Assembly (NCBI GenBank): GCA_026936335.1
Contig: JAPMXV010000049.1
Coordinates: 434,001 to 498,000 of the forward strand
Direction: 5' to 3'
DNA from: Mantamonas sphyraenae STR306
Lineage: Eukaryota; Protista; CRuMs
DNA length: 64,000 bases
In this document: positions 35,101-43,458 of the stretch, one piece after another
Numbering within the stretch: position 1 is the first letter of the stretch
How the letters are laid out: the number at the start of each line of letters is the position of its first letter
Notes under the pieces: model-generated
Database searches by the model: none
Told to the model about the DNA's origin: nothing
What the model saw: only the letters and a program-made list of their open reading frames with translations
Made by a program: the position numbers and the translations under genes

Positions 35101-35541
35101 AGTGGAGAGGAACGCGTGACGCAGGCCAGCTTCAACGTCTTTCTGAAGCTGTTTGGGCCCTATTCGGAGTCGTTCCAGACGGCGGTGAGCGTGCAGCAGC
35201 AGACCTGGTTCCACGGCGTCCTCACACGAGCCGACGTCATGAACAAGCTGCGCAACGACAGCGTGGGCACCTTTCTCATCCGCCTGAGCAACAACCATCC
35301 GGGGTACTACATTGCCAGCTACGTGGGCGACGAGAACGGACGCAAGGTCCTGCAGCAGATCATTGTGCAGAACAGCTACGAAAAGACGGGCCAGGTCGGA
35401 TACACGGTTCCCCAGAAGAACGAGTCGTTCAGCTCCCTCAGCGACTTTGTCCAACATTACCGATCCATCGGTGTGTTTTCCCAGGGCCACTCCTCCTTCT
35501 ACTCCTTCAGCGCCAGTCTCGATGGCGACGACGCGCTCTGA
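32110..35541 (+). CDS. CHAT protease - STAND ATPase - EF-hand/SH2 protein, paralogue 3 (~943 aa); exons 32110-32344, 32487-32604, 32770-33218, 33512-35541
   Basis: N-terminal ubiquitin-like segment. Splicing joins FHYSGHGMLNSLT to FEDQVG, followed by FVFVSACYS (~33610). Walker A GEYGVGKS (~34048), Walker B VLLVLDGFD, VVITLR, LAGNP. Then IADPEGKEAWADLFG..VVW..F...FNVFLKLFGP and SH2 WFHGVLTR...GTFLIRLS. Confidence 0.88.
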
Positions 35542-35665
35542 TGGGGTTGTGTCGGCCTGTGTGTGCAAAGAAACAAGATTCAAACAAATGAAGAACCCAT
35601 GTGTGTCACTATGTGTCTTTGTGTGTCTGTACGCGCGCGTGGCCAACCGAACAACAACAACAAGA

Positions 35666-38600
35666 ATGCGAGCTGCGATTTTGCTGCTCGTCGTCTTTGC
35701 GTGGACGGCCTGTGCCCGCGCCGCGTGCCCACCCCTGTGGGTGGACCAGGGACCGTTGGGAAATGACACCAACAATGGACAGAGCGCAGGCAGTCCCGTG
35801 CGCACATTCCAACGTGCCATGCAATTGCTGGGGACGTGCAGCGGCGGAGCGCAAGGGAACCCCAGCGTCCTGTACGTCGTGGAAGGCACATACTCAGACC
35901 TGGTGACCGTGAGCGTGGACAACGTGCTCCTGCATGGCTGGAAGCGAAGCGGCACATGGGTGCGCTGCCCACTGCGTCCGCCAATCAGTCAGCCGGGTGC
36001 GCCGAGAGAACCGCGCTGGAGACCAAGCTCGTGCGACTATGACGCACTGTCCAGCGTGAAACTGGAGCACATCAAGGTGGATGAGAACGTGGGCATGCTG
36101 CACCTGGACACTCTGACGGTGATGAAGCTGGAATCCACACGCAGGCTGGAGCTGTGGACCAACAACACGGGACTGGCCAACGTGTTCACCAACAACGGCA
36201 CCCTGCACCTGTACGACTCTTACATCGACTCGATGCTCTCCTCGCCATCGGCGACTGCTCAGTTCCAACTCGACGGTGTCACCATGGTGGACATGCAGTG
36301 GGTGCAGGTCAACAACTGGCGCCTCTCCGCAAGTGAGCTCACCACCTCCTTCACCGTCGCCCACTCCTGGATTTTCGACTCGTATACGTATCTGGGCTAC
36401 AACAGCAACGTGGGCAACAAGAACATGCAGGCCATGTTTGAGGACACGTTTATTGGCCTGACGACATTGAGTCAGCAACAGCTGTTTGCACTGGGCTTCT
36501 TCCTCAGGGCCACACAACTGCAAACACTGTCGTTTCGCACGTGCACGTTTGGACCTGCGCAGTACATGAGCAGTCTCGTCGACACGCTGGTGCTGCGTGA
36601 CATCACCGTGAACAACGTGGTGGCCCAAACCATGGGCAACTACTTCTGGGACTTTGAGCACAAGGACCCCACCACGCCGATGAACGTGGACGTGCAAAAC
36701 TTTGTGTTCAACAACAACGTCCATGTGCCCTACAGCTACCTGACCATGCGCCGAATCTTTCTGCACTTGCAAACGGACGGGGGAGGTCTACGAGGCACCA
36801 TGGTGGACATGCAAGCACGAGACGTGGTGTCCCACCTCACCGTGTTCAACATCCTCAACACCCAAACCCCGCCACGCTCAGCCACTCCCCTGTCCATTGT
36901 GCGCCTGTCGGGCGTCAACGTCAACAGCACGCTGATGACCCTTGTGCGTCCCCAACCCGGCCTTACGCTGGTCAACACGTCGGCACGCTTTGGCTCCGAC
37001 GTGCAAATGGTCATCAACGGACCCGAGTCGGATGTTGTGATGGAAAACCCCGACTTTGAGTCAAACACCGCCCTGTTTGCAGCCGCGTTTTTCTCCTCTG
37101 CACGCAAGCTCACCATCCGCAACGGACGCTTTGTGTTCAACCGCGTCAAGGAACTCAACTATCGCGACTCGAACACACTGCACAATGAGGTGGAAGAGGT
37201 CGCATACTGGTGGGACACGTCGATGGCAGACATCCGGCTGGTCCCCGGCTCGGGTGGTGCCATCGTCGTACGTCCGTCGCAGTACAGCTCGCTCACAGTG
37301 CCTGTGACACTGGAAATCGATGGTTTGGAGGCGTACAACAACCGTGCCACCCTCGGTGGGGCGATCTACATGGGCTACGCATCGTCGCCCAGCACTCACC
37401 TCAAGATCCGCAACGCAGAGTTTAACGGCAACTACGCGTCCCTGGGTGGCGGTGCCCTCGCGTGCGACGACCGTTTGCGCAAACCAGATGCGCCGAGCAT
37501 CGTGGACGTGGACAAATCGGTGGTGGTGATTGGGAACCTGGCTGGTGCACGAGGTGACGTGTTTTACAACGTGTACGACGCATGTGAGGTCAGAGGAGAG
37601 ACTCCGTGGCCCACAAGCAACCTATGTGGGTACACAGAGCTGAGTTCCCTGTCGCTGGTGTGGGACAAGTTGCAACGGACGTGCAACGTTGCCCCGTACG
37701 ACCCCACTCCGGTGGTGCTGTGGTTGGCTTCCAACATTGTGGCTGCATTGTCTCTGTTGAGCTTGGTGGTATCGCTTGTGTTGTTGCTGTCCCACACCAT
37801 GAATGCCGATCTGCAGACGACTCAGCAGCGCGTGAGCAATTTCGACTTTCGCACAGACATTGCCCAGCAGGATCGCCAGAACCCATCCTCGTTGTACAAG
37901 CGAGCCAAACACTGGAGTGGAGGTGTGTCATCGTGTCTGCTGCTGGTGTTCTTCATTGCGGCAGCCATTGTGTTTGCGTTTGAGGCGCAGGCGCCCGAGA
38001 GCGCGAGCGTGACCATGTCCCAGCAATCGACGCTGTCACAGCTGGCACGCAGCCAAACAGACAGGAAAACGTACGGGATCAGTTTTGGGCTGGGTATTGT
38101 GGGTGTCACGTGCACCCAGTTGCAATCGTCAGTCAAGGTGACACGCACGCTTGCGTTTGCGCCGCCACAGAACGCAGGTCCGCATGCAAAGGACAAGACA
38201 ATGGGCACAAAGATGGAGGACGTGGTGGCGAGGAACCGCAACGGGACGGGCAAGACAAACGCATGTGCGGTGACGTGGACGGATGAGTACGGGATTGTGA
38301 GCGCACAGACGCTGGACGTGGCGACCTACACGGTGTCGTTCACACGCACGCAGGATTGTCAGCCTGCCATGACACTGCTGATGCAGGCTGATCCGATTCT
38401 GTTGGGGCAGGAGATGCAGGTGGATCCGGCGACGCCCAGCGCAGAGTCGCTGAGTGCACGCAAGTACTTTGCAAACTCGCTGCTGTGTGCCGACAACGTG
38501 GGGGGACAGAACAACGTGCTGATGCAGTACCACGAGATGGAATTTGGCAACAACGCCAAGTATCCCGTGCGTGGCAACACCCTGTCGTTGCAGCCTCTCA

Positions 38601-39205
38601 ACAACGATGGCGGCCACTACGACTCCCTGCAGCTGCACTTTAGCATGAACCCTCTGCAAGAGCAGCTCAAGGTGACGCCCCAGAGTGCCCTCAACGTGAT
38701 TGTGCGCACCGTCTCTGTGGCAGGTTCCCTTCTTGCCGGCCACCCAGTCCTCCGCACACTCATCCGTCGCTACAGCGCCAAACTGTCCCATGCACAGGAC
38801 ATGCGCACGGGCACACTGCTCCATCTCATTCTGGGATTCATTGTCGGCGCTGCGGCCCCTGTGCTGAGCCATATCTTTGTCACCACGGGCGTGTCCATTG
38901 CTTCCCAGACGGCCATGTTGTGGATGGGCATGCAGTTTGGCTTGTCTGCCGTTCTCGTGGCTGCCGGTGTGCTGCTTATCTATCAGCTGCAATGGGAGCA
39001 GATGAACCTGCCAGCAGCTTCAGACACCACGTATCTGGGCATCACCAACTGGCTCTACATCAACTCTATCATCATTCTGTTCAGTGTCGCTGTCGCAGTG
39101 ATCCTTGCAGCCGTGCTCTGGTGGCGCACACGTGCACAGACCCATTCCGTTGTCGGGTCCACCAAGCGTCTCCTTGGCGACCCGCAGACCGACGAACGCC
39201 TGTGA
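35666..39205 (+). CDS. Secreted-ectodomain membrane protein: signal peptide, DUF1565-like start, right-handed beta-helix with GGAI repeats, multi-TM C-terminus (~1179 aa)
   Basis: MRAAILLLVVFAWTACARA signal, GNDTNNGQSAGSPVRTFQRA..VVEGTY, and NNRATLGGAIY / NGNYASLGGGALA repeats, with about 6 hydrophobic segments. Confidence 0.75.
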   Translation: MRAAILLLVVFAWTACARAACPPLWVDQGPLGNDTNNGQSAGSPVRTFQRAMQLLGTCSGGAQGNPSVLYVVEGTYSDLVTVSVDNVLLHGWKRSGTWVRCPLRPPISQPGAPREPRWRPSSCDYDALSSVKLEHIKVDENVGMLHLDTLTVMKLESTRRLELWTNNTGLANVFTNNGTLHLYDSYIDSMLSSPSATAQFQLDGVTMVDMQWVQVNNWRLSASELTTSFTVAHSWIFDSYTYLGYNSNVGNKNMQAMFEDTFIGLTTLSQQQLFALGFFLRATQLQTLSFRTCTFGPAQYMSSLVDTLVLRDITVNNVVAQTMGNYFWDFEHKDPTTPMNVDVQNFVFNNNVHVPYSYLTMRRIFLHLQTDGGGLRGTMVDMQARDVVSHLTVFNILNTQTPPRSATPLSIVRLSGVNVNSTLMTLVRPQPGLTLVNTSARFGSDVQMVINGPESDVVMENPDFESNTALFAAAFFSSARKLTIRNGRFVFNRVKELNYRDSNTLHNEVEEVAYWWDTSMADIRLVPGSGGAIVVRPSQYSSLTVPVTLEIDGLEAYNNRATLGGAIYMGYASSPSTHLKIRNAEFNGNYASLGGGALACDDRLRKPDAPSIVDVDKSVVVIGNLAGARGDVFYNVYDACEVRGETPWPTSNLCGYTELSSLSLVWDKLQRTCNVAPYDPTPVVLWLASNIVAALSLLSLVVSLVLLLSHTMNADLQTTQQRVSNFDFRTDIAQQDRQNPSSLYKRAKHWSGGVSSCLLLVFFIAAAIVFAFEAQAPESASVTMSQQSTLSQLARSQTDRKTYGISFGLGIVGVTCTQLQSSVKVTRTLAFAPPQNAGPHAKDKTMGTKMEDVVARNRNGTGKTNACAVTWTDEYGIVSAQTLDVATYTVSFTRTQDCQPAMTLLMQADPILLGQEMQVDPATPSAESLSARKYFANSLLCADNVGGQNNVLMQYHEMEFGNNAKYPVRGNTLSLQPLNNDGGHYDSLQLHFSMNPLQEQLKVTPQSALNVIVRTVSVAGSLLAGHPVLRTLIRRYSAKLSHAQDMRTGTLLHLILGFIVGAAAPVLSHIFVTTGVSIASQTAMLWMGMQFGLSAVLVAAGVLLIYQLQWEQMNLPAASDTTYLGITNWLYINSIIILFSVAVAVILAAVLWWRTRAQTHSVVGSTKRLLGDPQTDERL

Positions 39206-39293
39206 CAATTACTGTAAAGTAAGGTAGCCAATGCATGGTTTATTAGACCCTTCTCTAGGTTTCCCTTTGGTGTGGACAAAAAGGCGTTCAAAT

Positions 39294-39887
39294 TCACCTC
39301 ATCCGTTGCCGTTTGTGGTCCTGGGCTCGCTCGCGGCTGTGATCACCACCTTCACGGCCTCGCCCTCGCCCTCGTCCCCCACCGCGTCCTCCACGGCGGT
39401 CGTAGTCCCTGTTGCCGCCGTGTGTGGATCTGTTGTCATATGGACTATGTCTTCCACTGTCTGCACTACCGCGCCGTGCGTCGTGGCGGCCACGCTGGGG
39501 CGCAGGAGAGGCGGAGCGTGCCCGCCGCAGTTCCGACTGGAGATCATCGATTTGCTCCTGCTTGCGACGGAGCTCCAACACGGCCGTTTTGTACAAAGAG
39601 ACAATGTTGTGGAGCAGCACCTTCTTCTGCTTCTCCAATGTGTCTGCACGTTGTTTGTGCTCGTCCAGCTGTGTCTCCAGCAGCTGGTACTCCTGCAGTT
39701 GTGGAGCCACGTGCGTTGCTCCAGTGTCGTACAGGTCAAACCCATCGTCGCCGTCGTCCCCACCGTCCCTGCTGTCGTCCCCACCGCCCAGCAGATCCCC
39801 CAAATGGATGGTTGCCTGAGCCGTGGTTGCCTCCGCCTGCCCTGGAGCAGGACCAAAAGCGACGTCTGCCAACAGATCGTCCTCCAT
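39294..39887 (-). CDS. Small FLASH/CASP8AP2 N-terminal-domain-like protein with RG/RS-rich tail (~197 aa)
   Basis: FDLYD followed by the coiled coil LLHNIVSLYKTAVLELRRKQEQIDDL, resembling the FLASH LDIY motif and [20 protein letters not shown] segment. Confidence 0.6.
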   Translation of the reverse strand: MEDDLLADVAFGPAPGQAEATTAQATIHLGDLLGGGDDSRDGGDDGDDGFDLYDTGATHVAPQLQEYQLLETQLDEHKQRADTLEKQKKVLLHNIVSLYKTAVLELRRKQEQIDDLQSELRRARSASPAPQRGRHDARRGSADSGRHSPYDNRSTHGGNRDYDRRGGRGGGRGRGRGREGGDHSRERAQDHKRQRMR

Positions 39888-39991
39888 CACGTTGGTAACA
39901 CCGGCGCACGCAAACTCTCGTGTGAGAGAGAGAGAGTGAGTGAGTGTGTGTGTGTGTGTGTGTGATATATCCATTCATTTGCTATTGGCTA

Positions 39992-41788
39992 TCAGACCCG
40001 TCGTACATCCTCCGAGCCACCGATGCGGATGACGCGTCGTCGCTGGGCAACAAGCAGACCTTTGCAGCGGTTGAACAGGGCACGGCCATTCCATACGGCC
40101 AGAACCAAGAGTACAAGGGCACCCAGAAGGAGAACAAAGAGGAGGAGATTGTGACCGCATGTGAGACAGGTCCACAGAGAGGAACACGACGACGGGGTGC
40201 GTTGTGACCCCACATTGCCCGGTTCACCAGGGTGGCCATGGTCAGCACGCGTGATGGTGGAACACATGGGTTGGTCGACCCACCGCCAGTCGTAGAGCAT
40301 GGAGCGACGGTAGCAAGAGAGTTGTTGCAACCCACGCCAGCTGAAGCTGCATGGCTCGGGGGACAGTTGACGCACACAGCGGTGCTGCATGGTGACCACA
40401 TGCGGCGTCACACCCGTGCGCGCGTGCGCCACACGGCCGTAGGTCGAGCCGTCGCTGATGATGAGCTGGTCACACTCGCCGAGCAACCACAGATCGATGA
40501 GCCCTGCCTGCACACCTTCCACGGTGCTGCGCGAGAATGGTTCGTCGTACAATGCCAGCTGCGAGCCAAACATGCGGCGTGCGTTTCGTTTGGTGTCTTC
40601 CGAGTCTGTGGCCAGGAAGAAGCGAGTGTCTGCCTTCCGCCACCCCGACTGGGATTGCAAGACCCCCGCACACTTCCAGAAGAGTGTCTCTTGTTCGCTG
40701 CTCATGCCCACCCACGGGTGTGTACGTCGGATCTGCATGCCCACCGTGTAGTTGCCAAAGTGCGTTTGCTTGAATTGGCGGATTCGATCCCTCACCTCGG
40801 CGCTCGGCTGCAACAGAAACGCAGACAGGGCATTGAAGATGCGCGAGCCATCAAACAACCGCCGTATTGCCTCTTCATAGTGGCCATTTTGCGTCAGTAG
40901 CGGGGCAAAGTAGTCCCAGCTCTTGACAAACAGGAAGCGCTGGTCAAACGCAGACGTGAGTGGCTTGCACACCAGATCTTCGTAGTCCTTCTTCTCCAGC
41001 AGCTCCAATGAGCCGTCGGGCTGCGGGTGAGGTTCAAAGAACAGGTGTCTCTTGCCGCCTGCAGCATCCCACTCCTGCGCTGGCGACGACGGCCCGTTGC
41101 TCAGCCCATACTGGTTGTACGCTTCCTCAGGCTGCCATGCGAACGGCGTGTGCAATAACTTATCAAAGGCCGGCATGTAGATGGCTTCGCCTGCAGAGTG
41201 CGTACGCTGAGACACTTCCGGCCAGTCGATCAACAGGGCACTGCGCGTCACCAAACGGACAGGGCGTTGTGCGAGTCAGTGAGACGGGATTCACCAGCGC
41301 GCAACTCAACGTCGCTTCGGGATTTTTTCCTCCCCCATCACACGCGGCGGAGAAACCACTTACCGGTCGGTGACCAGAGCCAAGAGAAAGGTGGACACGA
41401 GCCCCTGCATGCGGTTTCCGGTGCCTGCCTCTTCCCAATTTTCAAAGACGACAAACTTGCGCTGGTGGGCCTCGAGTCCGGAGGACGGGTCAAGAATCTG
41501 TGCGTGTAGTTTCACATAGCGGGCCAGAAGCTGGTCGAGGTTGTCCACGCCGACAGCAAAGGTCTCTTTGGACGCGCTTGCTGCATGGGAGCCCGAATGG
41601 GACCAGGAGGCAGCGGGTGGAGCCTCCGGAGCGTCTTTCGGGGGCGGACTTGTCGCCACGACACCACTTCCGGTCTGCATGTAGAGGAGTCCAGACAGGC
41701 AGACGAGGAGCACGGTGACCAACAACACAGTGAGTGCACGAGAATGCCCTGCAGAGGTTGAGTTGAGATCAGTGTGCCGCACACGCAT
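39992..41788 (-). CDS. Fucosyltransferase, GT37 (xyloglucan FucT)-like; exons 41788-41364, 41240-39992
   Basis: Type II TM anchor. Splicing joins GTGNRMQGLVSTFLLALVTDR to ALLIDW. Also VGMQIRR, FFLATDS, IDLWLLGECDQLIISDGSTYGRVA and SPEPC. Intron GTAAGT...CAG, phase 2. Confidence 0.8.
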
Positions 41789-41859
41789 GGGCCGTGGACT
41801 GGAAGGCTGCGCTGGCCCGACCATCGGACACACAGGCCCACCCACCATCCTCCACACAC

Positions 41860-43317
41860 ATGCTGGCGGAATCACTGCTTCTGCTGTGTTTGGGTGGAGT
41901 GGCTCTGTACCTGCGGTCACTCAACCCTCGTCACGAGGCGAGGATATGGCAGGTGCAGCGGCTGGACCGTGAGGCTCCCTGGAACAGCCACGTTGTGGCT
42001 TCTCTTCGTCGTAGCTACATGGTGGCATACACATTGGTCATGTTTGGCGAATGGCTACAGGGACCCGCTTTGTATGCGCTGTACGCTCGCCTGGGCTTCT
42101 CAGTGCCCCAGATTGCCATCCTCTTTGCCATCGACTCCTTCTCCTCCATGATTCTGGGCTACCTGGCAGGCTCCCTCTCAGACAGGGTTGGCCACGCCGT
42201 CACCTGTCGTCTGGCAAGCTTCACTTATTTCCTTGCCTCGCTCACCCGCCTGGCCCCGTGGTTCTCCTTGCATTGTCTGGGTTCCGTGGCTGCCGGTGCG
42301 GCAAACGCCGTCGTCAGCACCTGCTTCGAAGCTTGGGTGGTCCACCAGCACCACACTCTCGGCTACGATGACCCAGGCCAGCTGGACAGTCTGTTTGCAT
42401 CCGCCACCAGCGCATCGGGCCTGGCCAGCATTCTCGCAGGGCTGCTAACTGCCCTTGCCCACTATGTTTTCATTGACACCCTCGTCGGCGCAACTGCCCC
42501 GTTTGTCCTCGCTGCTGCAAGCTTCCTGTGTGCCCTCGTGGTCATCACCTGTTGGTGGAGCGACCCCACGGTGACGTCGGGGTCAGGGAAAGCAATGGAG
42601 GATGCGATGTCGTCGTCGTCGTCGTCGTCGTCCTCCGAAGACTGCTGTGCAGTGTACTCTGCGCCGTGGCCTGCTCTGCAGAGGGCATTGGCAACCCTTG
42701 TGGCACAGCCTGCGCTGATGTCATTGGGAATGGTGCAGTCGTGCTTTGAGGCGGCCATGTACTTGTTTGTCTTTGCCTGGACCCCCTCCCTGAGACTGTT
42801 CCACACTCGTCGCCAATTGGGACTGGTCTTTGCCACCTTTATGCTGGCCATGATCATTGGCGCCCAACTGTTTCGTGTGCTGGCCTCGCGTAGTGGTCGC
42901 CTGCTCGATCTCACCGTCGCCGGTGCCCTCCTCTGCATGGGTCTGGCCACACATCTCTCCAACGGGGCCTACACGGGCGAAGGTGCCTATGTACTGTTGC
43001 TCCTGGCCTTGTGTGGCTTTGAATTGGCCTGTGGCCTTTATTATCCCGCGTTGGCGTCTCTGCGATCAAAGCATCTGCCTGACGACCAATACGCAGCCGT
43101 GTCCACTGCCTATCAGGTGCCCCTCAACTTGTTTGTGTGCACCTCATTGCTCATGTTCAGCGACAGCATGGCCCAGCGCACCGTCTCCCAGGTGCTCTTT
43201 GTCGCATGTGTCCTCCTCGTCGTGGCCCTGGTCGCCCTGCGCCTCTTTCGCCAACACGTTCTCGACACACCGTCCACGCGTGAGGCCACACGCAACGATG
43301 TCACATATTCTCGGTAA
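41860..43317 (+). CDS. MFSD5: MFS transporter, molybdate-anion transporter family (MFSD5/MOT2-like)
   Basis: Motifs YTLVMFGEWLQGPALYALY, FEAWVVHQH, QSCFEAAMYLFVFAWTPSL and FELACGLYYP, with about 12 TM segments. Confidence 0.85.
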   Translation: MLAESLLLLCLGGVALYLRSLNPRHEARIWQVQRLDREAPWNSHVVASLRRSYMVAYTLVMFGEWLQGPALYALYARLGFSVPQIAILFAIDSFSSMILGYLAGSLSDRVGHAVTCRLASFTYFLASLTRLAPWFSLHCLGSVAAGAANAVVSTCFEAWVVHQHHTLGYDDPGQLDSLFASATSASGLASILAGLLTALAHYVFIDTLVGATAPFVLAAASFLCALVVITCWWSDPTVTSGSGKAMEDAMSSSSSSSSSEDCCAVYSAPWPALQRALATLVAQPALMSLGMVQSCFEAAMYLFVFAWTPSLRLFHTRRQLGLVFATFMLAMIIGAQLFRVLASRSGRLLDLTVAGALLCMGLATHLSNGAYTGEGAYVLLLLALCGFELACGLYYPALASLRSKHLPDDQYAAVSTAYQVPLNLFVCTSLLMFSDSMAQRTVSQVLFVACVLLVVALVALRLFRQHVLDTPSTREATRNDVTYSR

Positions 43318-43458
43318 GCATACACAGTGAAAGAGAGAGACAGAGAGAGATAGGGGTTTGTCCATCATCATCATCATCATCAATACACACCTGGGGCCCC
43401 GCGCGGATTTTTCGCGTTTTCCACGCGCCATTTTGCAACGGCTTTGCTAACGCGTGCC

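Noticed and set aside
18271-35541. Bacterial contamination or a prophage/defence island as the source of the CHAT, PseI and AAA genes
   Set aside because: The CHAT and PseI genes carry GT-AG introns, and the CHAT genes carry SH2 domains. Composition, poly-Ser tracts and spacing match the flanking eukaryotic housekeeping genes.
21491-39205. A gasdermin, HeLo or other recognisable pore-forming substrate next to the CHAT proteases
   Set aside because: I looked, but no neighbouring ORF shows motifs I can assign to these families. The substrate remains unidentified.
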